A stretch of DNA of 64,000 nt from Candidatus Stahliibacteriota bacterium (GCA_030602565.1 JAUVZL010000007.1:761-64760), one strand, 5' to 3'; shown: positions 8,043 through 18,549, numbered from the stretch's first letter. The notes: generated by a model from the sequence alone, not told the origin. Program-made: numbers and translations.

Positions 8043-9470
8043 ATGGATGAACGGCTGAGGAAACTCGCGGAGCTGCGCAAGATGAAAATTAACCCTTACC
8101 CGTACAAATATGAGCGTACCCATACTTTTACTGAGCTGAAGGAGGGTTTTGAGAAGCTGAGCCAATCAGAAGAGATAGTGGCAAGCTGCGGTAGAATTCT
8201 TGCGATTCGTGGCCACGGCAAGACTATTTTTGCTACCCTCACGGATGAGACTTCGAAAATGCAGGTCTATTTTCGTCAAGACAGACTTGGTGACAGATTT
8301 GCTGTCTTTGGGCTATTTGACATCGGCGATTTTATCGGCATCAAAGGTAATCTTTTTAAGACAAAAACCGGTGAGATAACAATACTCGTAAGTGATTTTG
8401 CATTGCTTGCGAAAACCCTAAGACCCCTACCTGAGAAATGGCACGGGTTGAAAGATGTTGAAATAAGGTATAGAAAACGTTATCTTGACCTTATCGCTAA
8501 CCCTGAGATACGTGAGATTTTTAAAAAGAGGACAAGATTGGTGGGTTTGATTCGCAAATTCTTTGATGACCATGGATTTGTTGAGATGGAAACACCTATT
8601 CTCCAGCCTATCTATGGTGGCGGTGAGGCTAATCCATTTAAAACTTATTATAATGCTTTGGAAAGGGATATGTATTTGAGGATCGCTGATGAGCTTTATC
8701 TCAAGAGATTGATCGTTGGTGGTTATGAGAAGGTGTATGAAATCTGCCGTGACTTTCGCAATGAAGGTATTGACCGTTTCCATAACCCCGAGTTCAGCAT
8801 GATTGAGGTGTATCAAGCTTATACTGATTATGAAGGTATTATGGATCTTGTTGAACACCTTGTGGAATTTTTGCTCGATAATCTAAGTAGTTCAAAAACC
8901 ATGGTATTCTGCGACCGTGAGGTAGAATTCAAACGACCCTTCAAACGGATCAAATATACTGATACGTTAAGTGAAAAACTTGGCTTTGACATATTGTCAG
9001 CAAAAGAGAGCGAGGTGGATAAACTCTGCAAAGCACACGGCATTGATTATAAGATATTGTCAACTGGTGCAAAGATTGACAAGCTGTTTAGTGAATTGAT
9101 TCAAAAATACATCATAGAACCTACTTTTGTAATTGACCACCCGAAAGTGATATCGCCGCTTGCTAAAGTGCACAGAAAAGACGAGCGTCTCGTTGAGCGC
9201 TTTGAGTTCATTATGTTTGGTATTGAGCTGGCAAACGCCTTTTCTGAGCTGAATGACCCGGTGGAACAACGTAAGCGGTTTGAAGCGCAACTCGCTCAGA
9301 AGGCAGAAGGTATCAGCAAAATAGATGAAGATTTCCTTGAAGCATTAGAATACGGTATGCCGCCGTGTGGAGGTTTGGGTATTGGCATCGACCGTTTGTT
9401 AATGATTTTGCTTGATCAACCTTCAATCCGGGACGTAATCCTTTTCCCGCAACTACGGCAGGAGAGGTGA
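8043..9470 (+). CDS. lysS: lysine--tRNA ligase (class II)
   Basis: full-length class II aaRS with LysRS motifs (FRNEGID..HNPEF, GGLGIGIDRL); start moved to ATG 8043 (MDERLRKL). Confidence 0.9.
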   Translation: MDERLRKLAELRKMKINPYPYKYERTHTFTELKEGFEKLSQSEEIVASCGRILAIRGHGKTIFATLTDETSKMQVYFRQDRLGDRFAVFGLFDIGDFIGIKGNLFKTKTGEITILVSDFALLAKTLRPLPEKWHGLKDVEIRYRKRYLDLIANPEIREIFKKRTRLVGLIRKFFDDHGFVEMETPILQPIYGGGEANPFKTYYNALERDMYLRIADELYLKRLIVGGYEKVYEICRDFRNEGIDRFHNPEFSMIEVYQAYTDYEGIMDLVEHLVEFLLDNLSSSKTMVFCDREVEFKRPFKRIKYTDTLSEKLGFDILSAKESEVDKLCKAHGIDYKILSTGAKIDKLFSELIQKYIIEPTFVIDHPKVISPLAKVHRKDERLVERFEFIMFGIELANAFSELNDPVEQRKRFEAQLAQKAEGISKIDEDFLEALEYGMPPCGGLGIGIDRLLMILLDQPSIRDVILFPQLRQER

Positions 9471-10669
9471 TAAACACCGAGTTCTTTGTTGCCAAGCGTT
9501 ATCTCCGTTCAAAGCACAGGAGGTTCTTTTCGCTTTCGACATTAATTGCTATCGGCGGGATTTTTGTCGGTGTTGCAGCTCTTCTTATTACACTCTCGAT
9601 GATGAACGGGTTTCAGAACGAATTGAGAAGAAGGATTCTCGGTGGTACGCCACACATTGTTGTTGGTCGATATTTCAATGAACCATTGGAAAATCATGTG
9701 GCGGTAATGCAAGAGCTGGAAAAACACAAGTTCATCAAGGCTATGGCGCCGTTCATAATTCAGAAATCCATTATCAGATCACGCAAGATGATGGATGGGG
9801 TGGTGATAAAAGGTGTTGATGAAGCATTAGAGAGAAACATAACAGAGATTGAACACAAGATAGTCAATGGCATTTTTGATTTGGATGGCGGTTGCGTGTT
9901 AGGCATTGAATTGGCGCATAACCTGAGGGTTACGGTTGGTGACACACTTATTGTCGCTTCACCATTTGGCGACCAGCTGGGCATGTTGCCGCGTGCAAAA
10001 AGAGTTGTTCTAAAAGGTATATTCGATTTTGGATACTATGATTACAACTCGACTATCGTCTACATGAATCTGGAAGATGTACGGTCTTTATTTGAGATGG
10101 GTGATGTCGTAAGTGCCATAGGTTTGAGCGTTGATGATGTATACGCCACACCCCATTACTCTGAGCTAATCGAAAATGATCTTGGCTATCCTTATCGTGT
10201 CAAGGATTGGATAAGGAGAAATCATTCGGTGTTCGCGGCGCTCAAACTTGAAAAGATTATTACATTTATCGTCCTGGCTTTGATCGTTCTGGTGGCTGGG
10301 TTCAATATTATCGGTACTTTAGTAAACATGGTCAAGAAGAAGACCAAGGAAATCGGCATACTCCGTTCTTATGGTTTCACATCAGGCGCCATTATGAGAC
10401 TCTTCATCTATCATGGAAGTATGATCGGTATCCTCGGTACCACCCTGGGATTAATTTTTGCTTTTGTTGCATGTCTTGTATTAGACAAGATCATTTTCAT
10501 ACACTTACCTGGTGATGTTTACTTTATTGATACCCTGCCGGTTGAAATGGCGACTCAGGATTTTGTGGTTACTGCCACCGCCGCGATTCTTATCAGCTTC
10601 TTGTCGACCATATATCCGGCTAAAAGAGCCGCAAAATTGACAACCGTTGAGGCACTCCGTAATGAATAA
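9467..10669 (+). CDS. lolC: lipoprotein-releasing system permease LolC/LolE (FtsX family)
   Basis: 400 aa; N-terminus FVAKRYLRSKHRRFFSLSTL typical of LolC/E, 4 TM with large periplasmic loop. Confidence 0.8.
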   Translation: MINTEFFVAKRYLRSKHRRFFSLSTLIAIGGIFVGVAALLITLSMMNGFQNELRRRILGGTPHIVVGRYFNEPLENHVAVMQELEKHKFIKAMAPFIIQKSIIRSRKMMDGVVIKGVDEALERNITEIEHKIVNGIFDLDGGCVLGIELAHNLRVTVGDTLIVASPFGDQLGMLPRAKRVVLKGIFDFGYYDYNSTIVYMNLEDVRSLFEMGDVVSAIGLSVDDVYATPHYSELIENDLGYPYRVKDWIRRNHSVFAALKLEKIITFIVLALIVLVAGFNIIGTLVNMVKKKTKEIGILRSYGFTSGAIMRLFIYHGSMIGILGTTLGLIFAFVACLVLDKIIFIHLPGDVYFIDTLPVEMATQDFVVTATAAILISFLSTIYPAKRAAKLTTVEALRNE

Positions 10670-11336
10670 CATTCTTCGATTGAGTGACATAGCAAAGACT
10701 TATTTTCTAAAGAATGAAACCATAGAAGTGTTGAAAGAGGTTAACCTGGAAGTGGGAAAAGGGCGGTTTGTGGTCATTGTTGGGCCTTCAGGATGCGGTA
10801 AGTCCACACTATTAAACATAATGGGTAGTTTGGACCGTCCGACCAGGGGAACGGTTGTTTTAGATGATGTTGATATTTCATCACGTGATGACACAGAGCT
10901 TTCCGCGTTAAGAAACAAAAAACTAGGGTTTGTTTTTCAGTTTCATCATCTTTTGGCTGAATTCACCTGCCTTGAAAATATAGCTTTGCCAGGTTTGCTC
11001 AGCGGTGAGCAGCCGAGACGCGTCTACCAGCGGGCTGAACATCTGCTTGATGAATTCGGCATGGCTGATAAGGTGAACCGTCTCCCTGAGCAGCTTTCAG
11101 GTGGTGAGAAGCAACGTGTGGCTATTGCCCGTGCTTTAATAAATGACCCCCTGATCATCCTGGCAGATGAACCCGCAGGAAACCTTGATGAAGGGAATAC
11201 AAATAAACTATTGGAAGTATTCCTGGGTCTAAAGAACGAAGGTAAGGCAGTCATTCTCGTGACTCACTCTTTAGATATTGCAAAGACAGGTACAGATGTG
11301 TATAATTTAAGAGAAGGAAGGTTATATGCTATGTGA
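10662..11336 (+). CDS. lolD: lipoprotein-releasing system ATP-binding protein LolD
   Basis: Walker [13 protein letters not shown] signature [15 protein letters not shown], Walker B ILADEP; overlaps lolC stop (ATGAATAA). Confidence 0.85.
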   Translation: MNNILRLSDIAKTYFLKNETIEVLKEVNLEVGKGRFVVIVGPSGCGKSTLLNIMGSLDRPTRGTVVLDDVDISSRDDTELSALRNKKLGFVFQFHHLLAEFTCLENIALPGLLSGEQPRRVYQRAEHLLDEFGMADKVNRLPEQLSGGEKQRVAIARALINDPLIILADEPAGNLDEGNTNKLLEVFLGLKNEGKAVILVTHSLDIAKTGTDVYNLREGRLYAM

Positions 11337-11802
11337 TGATTGCAAGAAGAAGCCGGCAACGATATTCTTTAAGGAAGTATTACCAGGTAAGGTAACAGAG
11401 TTGCACCTTTGTGAGGCATGTGCACAAAAACGCGGTTTGATGATGGACAAGAAGCTGTCGCCCTTTGAGCTTCTCCAAAAGCTTTTACAAAAGAGAAGTG
11501 CTAAGGATGAACAGGTGATATGTCAGGTCTGCTATTTGTCGCTCGCAGAATTCAAACGCCAGGGCAGGTTTGGCTGCAGTCATTGCATAGAGCACTTCAG
11601 ACCGTACATTGAGAATTTGATAAAACAGATACACCAGTCCAGCAAACATGTTGGAAGACGACCAAAACAGGGTGCACGGAAGAGTTTCAAGGTCTTCAAG
11701 TTGCGTGAGGAATTGCGACGTGCTTTGGAAAAAGAAGCCTATGAGGACGCGGCTCAGATAAGGGATAGACTGAAGGATTTTGGAGTAGATGATGCTGAAT
11801 AA
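11326..11802 (+). CDS. mcsA: McsA-like protein (zinc-finger pairs plus UVR domain), activator of protein-arginine kinase
   Basis: CDDC..CEAC and CQVC..CSHC Cys pairs; C-terminal UvrB/C motif EAYEDAAQIRDRL. Confidence 0.7.
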   Translation: MLCDDCKKKPATIFFKEVLPGKVTELHLCEACAQKRGLMMDKKLSPFELLQKLLQKRSAKDEQVICQVCYLSLAEFKRQGRFGCSHCIEHFRPYIENLIKQIHQSSKHVGRRPKQGARKSFKVFKLREELRRALEKEAYEDAAQIRDRLKDFGVDDAE

Positions 11803-12841
11803 CATAAGGTGGTTAGTTCCTGCAAAGCAGGGTGGAGACTCAAGCGAAGATAGAGAAATCGTTGTTTCATCGCGCGTAAGGCTTGCTCGTAACTTATCTG
11901 ATTTCCCATTTGAGATAAAACTGAAGGTAAAGGATTCTGAACGACTGCTTCAATTATCCAGGTCAGTTATTGAAAGAGATTGTCCTGGTCAATATATCGA
12001 CATGAAGGAACTCACGTCATTGGAAAGGGAATCCCTTTTGGAATGTCACTTGATTTCACCGGCGTTTCTCAAGATGAACAAACCGACGGGTCTTTATCTT
12101 AATGAGCACGGGAATATCTCAATAATGATAAATGAAGAAGACCATTTGAGAATCCAGGGTTTGACCGGTGGTCTGAACCTAACTGATATTTCCGCCCAGG
12201 TCTTCGAGTGCGAAGAAGAGATTGGCAGAGATTTGGAATATGCATTCGATGAAGCTTATGGATTTCTTACCTCCTGTCCAACCAACCTTGGTACTGGGTT
12301 GAGGGCGTCGGTTCTCCTGCATCTGCCTGGTTTGGTTTTCACAAATGAGGTTGAAAAGGTCTTAAGAGGCGCCTTGCAGATCGGCATGGCGGTGCGGGGA
12401 CTTTATGGTGAAGGGAGTGAGATTAAAGGGAGCCTTTTCCAGATTTCTAATCAGCATACGCTCGGTTTGAAAGAAGAAGAATTAATACAGACTATCATAA
12501 AACTAACCCACATGATTGTTGATGTCGAAATGAAGGCACGCGATGCAATCTTCACAAAAGCAAAACATGAATTTGAAGACAAGATATTCAGAAGTCTGGC
12601 AGTCTTAAGATCAGCCAGAGTTATGAGTACTGACGAGACACTGAATCTGTTGTCAGCACTCAGGTTTGGTATTGGGACCGGTACTATTAAAGATGTATCG
12701 CTCGATGTCGTGAATGAGATAATGCTCGTTGCGCGACCAGCTAATATCCAATTGTACTTTAGCCAAATCCTTGAAGAGCATGAACGGGACATCCGGCGTG
12801 CCGAATATATAAGAAAGAAACTTGGTGGCAACGAAAAATAG
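11789..12841 (+). CDS. mcsB: protein-arginine kinase McsB (ATP:guanido phosphotransferase family)
   Basis: 350 aa; phosphagen-kinase C-domain signatures (EEDHLRIQ, CPTNLGTGLRASV); adjacent to mcsA. Confidence 0.8.
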   Translation: MMLNNIRWLVPAKQGGDSSEDREIVVSSRVRLARNLSDFPFEIKLKVKDSERLLQLSRSVIERDCPGQYIDMKELTSLERESLLECHLISPAFLKMNKPTGLYLNEHGNISIMINEEDHLRIQGLTGGLNLTDISAQVFECEEEIGRDLEYAFDEAYGFLTSCPTNLGTGLRASVLLHLPGLVFTNEVEKVLRGALQIGMAVRGLYGEGSEIKGSLFQISNQHTLGLKEEELIQTIIKLTHMIVDVEMKARDAIFTKAKHEFEDKIFRSLAVLRSARVMSTDETLNLLSALRFGIGTGTIKDVSLDVVNEIMLVARPANIQLYFSQILEEHERDIRRAEYIRKKLGGNEK

Positions 12842-13607
12842 TATTGTTTTTCTCGGCACGGGCGGTGCACGTTACGTCATTGCCAGGCAGATGAGGGCAA
12901 CTGGCGGCATTTTGTTTAGAATTAATGGAAAGGACATCCTGGTTGACCCAGGGCCTGAGTCATTATTGCGTCTTTTAAACTATGTGCCTAAATTCAGCCC
13001 TGAGAAGCTCGATGCCATAGTACTTTCGCATAAACATATTGATCATTCAGCTGACATAAATGTCTATCTCGATATTCTGACACGAGGTGGTTTTAAACAT
13101 GGAGGGCATCTAATTGCACCTGCGGATGCATTTGGTGAGGATGGCGTAATATTCAAATATCTCACGCAATATCTTGAGAAAACACAGACAATTAAACCAG
13201 AACTTGAGCTTAATATTGGGGATGTGACATTTGAGTTTCCATTACGTCATATTCATCCAGTAGAGACCTACGGCTTAAAGATAAAGGGTGATGATTATTC
13301 AATTTCCTATATCAGTGACACGAAGTTCTTCCCTGAACTGATCCATGCATATATGGCAGATATCGTCATTTTGAACCTCTTGTGCCTGGAGCCATCTGAT
13401 ATCGATCATCTTTCTGTACCAGATTGTGCTCGGATAATTTCTGGTATAAAACCAAAGGTTGCCATCATTACCCATTTTGGCATGACCATGCTAAGAGCCG
13501 GACCCTGGAACATTGCCCGGCGATTAAAACAAGAGACCGGCGTAACAGTCCTTGCTGCGGAGGATGGAAAGCACTACGCGATAGACAAACTTCTGTCATA
13601 CAAGTAA
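12822..13607 (+). CDS. MBL-fold metallo-hydrolase
   Basis: SHKHIDHSADI (HxHxDH) motif. Confidence 0.7.
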   Translation: MVATKNSIVFLGTGGARYVIARQMRATGGILFRINGKDILVDPGPESLLRLLNYVPKFSPEKLDAIVLSHKHIDHSADINVYLDILTRGGFKHGGHLIAPADAFGEDGVIFKYLTQYLEKTQTIKPELELNIGDVTFEFPLRHIHPVETYGLKIKGDDYSISYISDTKFFPELIHAYMADIVILNLLCLEPSDIDHLSVPDCARIISGIKPKVAIITHFGMTMLRAGPWNIARRLKQETGVTVLAAEDGKHYAIDKLLSYK

Positions 13608-13682
13608 AACACTGCCCACGTTTCCGTATTCATCAATTCGGCAATTACCGAATTAATGAATTGAGAGGATAAGTTGGTGGTC

Positions 13683-13710
13683 TTGACATGCGAGGCGTAT
13701 TTGTTATAAT
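13683..13710 (+). promoter_or_regulatory. sigma70 promoter TTGACA-16-TGtTATAAT with upstream 7-bp-arm palindrome AATTCGG-N6-CCGAATT (13635-13654)
   Basis: consensus hexamers read directly; SD GGAGG and ATG 13731 follow. Confidence 0.55.
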
Positions 13711-13730
13711 TTAGTTAGAATGGAGGAAAA

Positions 13731-15218
13731 ATGAGAAAAATCCTTGTAATTGTGTTTTTAATAAACATCTCATTTGCGTGGTGGTCATCGCCGATGAATC
13801 TTGGGATAACTGGCGCAGATGATATTAATCCCCAGACCTGTCGTATGCAGTTAATGTTTTATCCTCACACCTGTCTTGTCTGGCAGACAGATCTCAATGG
13901 CAACTGGGATATCTTTTCTCGGTTCAGCTACGGAGGAACATGGGGTGATACACTAAGAGTAACAACTGATGTTTCCACTGATAGTTGTCCGAGTGTTGCC
14001 TATGATTTTTCACGAGATTGTTTTTGGTGTGCCTGGCAGAACAATAGCACTGGTTACTGGGATATTTTTGTGGCTCAGACTGATACGTCAGGCGGATGGT
14101 TGTCACCATATCAACTTACGACGAGTGATGCTGATGATGAATCACCGTCTGTCTATGTTGATTTCGATACTGTTTGGGTAGTCTGGCAACATTCAGTTAC
14201 CGACTCAACAAATATCTATTCAACTTATTATGATGGTACAACCTGGGCAACGCCGGCTCCAATCACCAGTGATTCTAATGTTAGCAATATTCATCCAAAG
14301 ATAAATAGCCGCTATAATCATCCAATTGTAGTATGGGAGAGAGGTGATGAATTTTCTCAGCATGATATCTACTACAGTGAATATCTCAGTGGCACCTGGC
14401 AACTACCGCAGCCTATTACCACTGATCTGGGTCATGATTGTAACCCTGAAATAACGAGCGAAATTGACCCTGGTGGTAATGATACGTATGGTTCATGGGT
14501 GGTGTGGCAGTCAGACCGTGATGGGAATTACGAGATTTATTCTACTGGATATGATACATTCAATGTGTGTCATCGTTTGACTTTTGATGATTCCACTGAT
14601 ATTACGCCAAATCCACTGTTTTTTGACGCCGTAACTCAAGACAATGGTCCAACATGTACAGCTTTTAGTACAAATCGGAATGGTAATGCTGATATCTATA
14701 CGCATTTTGCTTATTGGGGAGGAGCAGATACGATAGTACCTGTGGATACTGATCCAGCCGACGACATTTCGCCTGTCATGACAGGTGGCAATATGTATAT
14801 CTGGGTCCTGTGGCAAACAGATAGGAACACTGATTGGGATATTTACGGAAGCTATATCTTTGTTGGAGGAGTTGAGGAATCAAAGGTTTATAATACTAAA
14901 GCGACTGCTGATTTAACCATCTACCCCAATCTGTTCAGACAAAAAACCAAGATCAGCTTTTGCATAGAGCATACCAATAGGAGAACACGTTCCTCCTACG
15001 GGACAGGAAGAGCAAAGGGCGCAGAGCTAAAAATCTATGATGCTACAGGGAGTGTGGTCAAGAATTTTTCACTGCCTACTGCTTACTCCTTACTGCCTGC
15101 TACTATCTTCTGGGATGGTACTAACAGCAAAGGTGAGCGATTGCCTCCAGGGGTTTATTTTGTGCGGTTGGAAAATGAGTCTGAAGCATTAACTGAAAAG
15201 GTTGTGCTGATTGAATAG
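13731..15218 (+). CDS. secreted PD40/TolB-like beta-propeller repeat protein with T9SS C-terminal sorting domain
   Basis: signal peptide; about 8 repeats of WQxDRDGNxDIY type; C-terminus KIYDATGSVV...GVYFVRLENE matches Por_Secre_tail. Confidence 0.7.
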   Translation: MRKILVIVFLINISFAWWSSPMNLGITGADDINPQTCRMQLMFYPHTCLVWQTDLNGNWDIFSRFSYGGTWGDTLRVTTDVSTDSCPSVAYDFSRDCFWCAWQNNSTGYWDIFVAQTDTSGGWLSPYQLTTSDADDESPSVYVDFDTVWVVWQHSVTDSTNIYSTYYDGTTWATPAPITSDSNVSNIHPKINSRYNHPIVVWERGDEFSQHDIYYSEYLSGTWQLPQPITTDLGHDCNPEITSEIDPGGNDTYGSWVVWQSDRDGNYEIYSTGYDTFNVCHRLTFDDSTDITPNPLFFDAVTQDNGPTCTAFSTNRNGNADIYTHFAYWGGADTIVPVDTDPADDISPVMTGGNMYIWVLWQTDRNTDWDIYGSYIFVGGVEESKVYNTKATADLTIYPNLFRQKTKISFCIEHTNRRTRSSYGTGRAKGAELKIYDATGSVVKNFSLPTAYSLLPATIFWDGTNSKGERLPPGVYFVRLENESEALTEKVVLIE

Positions 15219-15316
15219 ACAGTGATTACCTGATTACTCGAATCGGCTGAGTTCTTGTATCTTAGCCTATACTTAGCGGGACAAAGTATGGACCAGAAGG
15301 TGGTGGCAACCTATTC

Positions 15317-16165
15317 TTATCCGCAGCCGAATGCGAATTTGCACGACATCATATTTTGAAAACCAATATCCGTGATTTTCCGTCTGAGTCGATTGCAGTA
15401 ATGGTCTGCGTCATTCTGAAACGAACGAAAATGCTCAATAGCCTCGGGAAAGTGTTTCTTGACCAGGCGTTTCAGATTTTTCCAGACCTTTGGATATGGG
15501 TTGAGTGTATCAAACATAATATAGCGCGCACCTGCATTACGCGCTTTTTTAATGATTTGAGTGATCATATATTCAGAATCAGTAAAATAGGGGAGTACTG
15601 GTGCAACAAATACCCAGGTATGGATTTTATATTGGCTGAGTATTTTAATTGCCCTGAAGCGTTGTCTCGGTGGAGAAGTCCCAGGTTCAAAAACCTTTCT
15701 AACCTTTGGGTCAAGCGTGGTGATTGTAAAACCGACTTCAATATCATCAATCCGTCTTAGCAGATCTATGTCCCTGGTTACAAGAGGAGATTTTGTGAGT
15801 ATGGATACTGAATGATTGTATGGGATGAGTTTGCTCAGGCATTCTCTTGTGATCTTGTATTTTCGTTCAATAGGTTGATAAGCATCGCAGACCGTACCGA
15901 AATTTATATGGCTCCTCCTTTTCAGTCGTGTCAGTTGGCGTTCAAGCACGACAGGGGCATTTGTCTTAATATCAACAAAGTCACCCCAGGGTTCAGTATG
16001 TCCTGAGAATCTCTTCATGAATACGGCATAGCAGTACTGGCATTTGTGAGTGCAACCGATATAGGGATTTATCGCGTAATCGATACCCGGGATACCTGAT
16101 TTGTTAAGTATTGAACGACACTCGATAGTCTTAAGGTACTTCACTGAACCATTATGCTCCCACAA
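15317..16165 (-). CDS. radical SAM protein, spore-photoproduct-lyase-like (COG1533) family
   Basis: CxxxCxxC cluster GCTHKCQYCY near N-terminus; length and context typical. Confidence 0.7.
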   Translation of the reverse strand: MWEHNGSVKYLKTIECRSILNKSGIPGIDYAINPYIGCTHKCQYCYAVFMKRFSGHTEPWGDFVDIKTNAPVVLERQLTRLKRRSHINFGTVCDAYQPIERKYKITRECLSKLIPYNHSVSILTKSPLVTRDIDLLRRIDDIEVGFTITTLDPKVRKVFEPGTSPPRQRFRAIKILSQYKIHTWVFVAPVLPYFTDSEYMITQIIKKARNAGARYIMFDTLNPYPKVWKNLKRLVKKHFPEAIEHFRSFQNDADHYCNRLRRKITDIGFQNMMSCKFAFGCG

Positions 16166-16228
16166 ACATCCTAAGCTACTAGAATAGCATGATTAGTTGA
16201 ACTGGGCAAATAGAGCTTAAGAACAGTT

Positions 16229-17242
16229 TTATTTTTTACGATACCTACCAATTCTGAGGATTTTGGCAATATTGGCATTGGCACTGATCACCGGTTCAAT
16301 AATCGGTATGCTGGCAGATAGTAAAGTGGATACACCTGGTCCATGACCAGCATAGCGGCAATCACCGTGGATGACAATGCCTATGGTCACCGCGCCCTTG
16401 CGAAAACTCCTGCCAAAGAGATTATCGTGGTCCATCAAGGCAACAAAATCACCAAAGCGCAACTTGTCGATCTTATATTTTTTGATGAACTTCTTATCAG
16501 TTGTCATGATGTCATAGTCGCCGCCAGTCATCATCATGCTGCCCGTACCTGAACCCATCAATGCGGCGGGGATTTTTGTCGTAACTGGTACCTGGATTAT
16601 TTGGCCCCGTGTTTTTATCGACATTTTTCGAATGAGCCTGGGATCGAGGTTATAGACTGCAATATCAGGATAGTCTAAGAGTTTCAAGCCCTGACCAAAT
16701 CCTTTTATCAGAATTTTGTCATCAAGGGTCATTTTTTCAAGCGTCACATCAGCAAAGTCGATCATCACGTGTTCGGCACCGCCGTGGTGGCCAGTAACTA
16801 CTCCTTTCTTACCTTTGGCATCGCCTGATTTAATGATCGCCTCGTTGCCTATGCAAGCATAAAAGACATACCCTGCATTAGGTCCTTCATATCTTTTTTT
16901 CTCATCGAGTATTGTAGAAGCGCAGGGTTCGAGATGATCTGCTTCCCATCCAAAAGCAGGGTCACCCACTTTGACATTGTAGACAATACCGCCAGTTCCG
17001 GGCAAATGGAACGGCTTTCCAGCTGAGTCCACACTGTGCATCCGGCGTCCACCAGGGTTCGCTACTTTGCCTTGAACTGACATCATCACCAATTTTTTTT
17101 CATTTATCCGAAGCATTGTTTTCCTCCTTAGATTTTCTATTATAAGAGGCTTTTTTCTAATGTCAACAATAATGTAGAAGGTTGAGAAAGGGCAGAAGAG
17201 GATGACTGGAAGGCGATAGGGGATCATCAAAGCGGTTGACAA
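16229..17242 (-). CDS. hypothetical protein (possibly co-transcribed with the radical SAM gene)
   Basis: 337 aa ORF; Gly/His-rich segments, no assignable family from sequence alone. Confidence 0.4.
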   Translation of the reverse strand: MSTALMIPYRLPVILFCPFSTFYIIVDIRKKPLIIENLRRKTMLRINEKKLVMMSVQGKVANPGGRRMHSVDSAGKPFHLPGTGGIVYNVKVGDPAFGWEADHLEPCASTILDEKKRYEGPNAGYVFYACIGNEAIIKSGDAKGKKGVVTGHHGGAEHVMIDFADVTLEKMTLDDKILIKGFGQGLKLLDYPDIAVYNLDPRLIRKMSIKTRGQIIQVPVTTKIPAALMGSGTGSMMMTGGDYDIMTTDKKFIKKYKIDKLRFGDFVALMDHDNLFGRSFRKGAVTIGIVIHGDCRYAGHGPGVSTLLSASIPIIEPVISANANIAKILRIGRYRKK

Positions 17243-17335
17243 TTATGATTTGCTGCTTATAATACCCCAAGAAAAAGATTTTCAGAGATTGAAATTTGGT
17301 TTTTGGAGTTTGTAATTTTCCGCTGAAAGCGGGGA

Positions 17336-17409
17336 GGGCCTGTAGCTCAGTTGGTTAGAGCAGCTGACTCATAATCAGCGGGTCGGGGGTTCAAGTCCCT
17401 CCGGGCCCA
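17336..17409 (+). tRNA. tRNA-Met (anticodon CAT), elongator-type (or tRNA-Ile2 if lysidinylated)
   Basis: cloverleaf folded by hand: acceptor GGGCCTG/CGGGCCC, D-arm GCTCAGTTGGTTAGAGC, anticodon stem GCTGA/TCAGC loop CTCATAA, T-arm GGGGG-TTCAAGT-CCCTC; lacks initiator 3xGC anticodon stem. Confidence 0.85.
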
Positions 17410-17568
17410 TTTTAAGGAGAAACTCTAATCTCTAAATACGAAATTCTAAATTCCGATTTATGGTCGAGAATCCTCGCAAAACGGGACAATTTCAAAAATC
17501 CAATGCTCGAAATTCAAAACTGTTTCTGTAGGCAAAACACAGATATAATTAGCTGATAGCAGGAGAAA

Positions 17569-17961
17569 ATGAAAGTAACCAAGAAGAATATAGAAAAGCA
17601 TTTATCTAAATGGCAAGTTAAACTCCAGTTACGGGATTGGGATATATCTGTTAAGATTATACGCACAAGGTGGCGCAAATCAGGTGATATAAAGGTAGAT
17701 TTGGAAAATAGAAAAGCAACGCTTCTATTAAATCATAAACCCAAATGCCTGAATCTTGAAGAAATAATTGTGCATGAGTTATTACACATCAAGTTATATG
17801 GTTTGGATCAAATGATTGAGGATTTAATTGACATTCTGTATGGTAAGCGGAAGACAAAGAAACGACAGTTTGCATGGAATCAATTTATGTCGCTGCTTGA
17901 AACTACTGTTGAGGATTTGACAAAAGGATATCTTTATCATACAAATAACTCAAATAACTAA
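17569..17961 (+). CDS. small hypothetical protein with HExxH motif (HELLH)
   Basis: 130 aa; VHELLHIKL; SD AGGAG 4 nt upstream. Confidence 0.4.
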   Translation: MKVTKKNIEKHLSKWQVKLQLRDWDISVKIIRTRWRKSGDIKVDLENRKATLLLNHKPKCLNLEEIIVHELLHIKLYGLDQMIEDLIDILYGKRKTKKRQFAWNQFMSLLETTVEDLTKGYLYHTNNSNN

Positions 17962-17964
17962 TTC

Positions 17965-18528
17965 ATGGTTGAAAGCGTGAGTAAATCTAAACTCGATATG
18001 CGTTTATATGGTTTATGTGTATATCTTCGTCCTGTAATTATTGAAGACGCAGCAATAATTAGAAAATGGCATAATGATCCTGAACTAATGAGGATGGCAC
18101 GTGTAGGTGAGAAGAGAACTACCTTAAGGCAGGAAAGAGAAGATATAAAAATTGCACGCAGATCCAGTAATCAGACATATCATTTGATTTTGACCAAATT
18201 AGATAATACTCCTATTGGTTTTCTCAGATTCAATTTTATTGATAAATCAAGCGGTAATGTATGGTTTCGTATGATGATTGGAGAAAAGAAATCGCAAGGA
18301 AAAGGTTATGCTCGTGAGGCACTGCAGTGTTACTTAAAGTGGATGTTTGCTAAATTGAGGATTCACCGGGTTACGCTTGAATGTTATTCAACAAATCTAA
18401 GAGGTATCAAATTCTTTAAAAAAATAGGGTTTCAAAAAGAGGGTGTACTAAGAGAAGCGGTTTTCATTAATGGAAAATACCACGATATTATCTCGTTTGG
18501 TATGCTAAGAAAAGATTTCAAAGACTGA
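17965..18528 (+). CDS. GNAT family N-acetyltransferase (RimJ/RimL-like)
   Basis: 187 aa; acetyl-CoA binding region QGKGYAREAL; Acetyltransf_3-like N-terminus. Confidence 0.75.
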   Translation: MVESVSKSKLDMRLYGLCVYLRPVIIEDAAIIRKWHNDPELMRMARVGEKRTTLRQEREDIKIARRSSNQTYHLILTKLDNTPIGFLRFNFIDKSSGNVWFRMMIGEKKSQGKGYAREALQCYLKWMFAKLRIHRVTLECYSTNLRGIKFFKKIGFQKEGVLREAVFINGKYHDIISFGMLRKDFKD

Positions 18529-18543
18529 CATGCGATCAGATTG
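18525..18543. repeat. junction motif copy 1: CTGACATGCGATCAGATTG (includes stop TGA of GNAT gene)
   Basis: identical 15-nt core ACATGCGATCAGATT shared with 4 downstream junctions; following frame gives MRSDCKDCGNI* mini-ORF. Confidence 0.85.
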
Positions 18544-18549
18544 TAAGGA

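Noticed and set aside
8427-9495. Several antisense ORFs inside lysS (143, 71, 76, 60 aa)
   Set aside because: Entirely embedded antisense to a well-conserved gene, so they were taken to be chance ORFs in AT-rich antisense.
13424-14402. Small ORFs overlapping the MBL hydrolase and PD40 genes
   Set aside because: Alternate-frame/antisense overlaps of confidently assigned genes.
17336-17409. Initiator tRNA-fMet
   Set aside because: Anticodon stem is GCTGA/TCAGC without the three consecutive G-C pairs and the 1-72 pair is a normal G-C, so it was called elongator Met (or Ile2).
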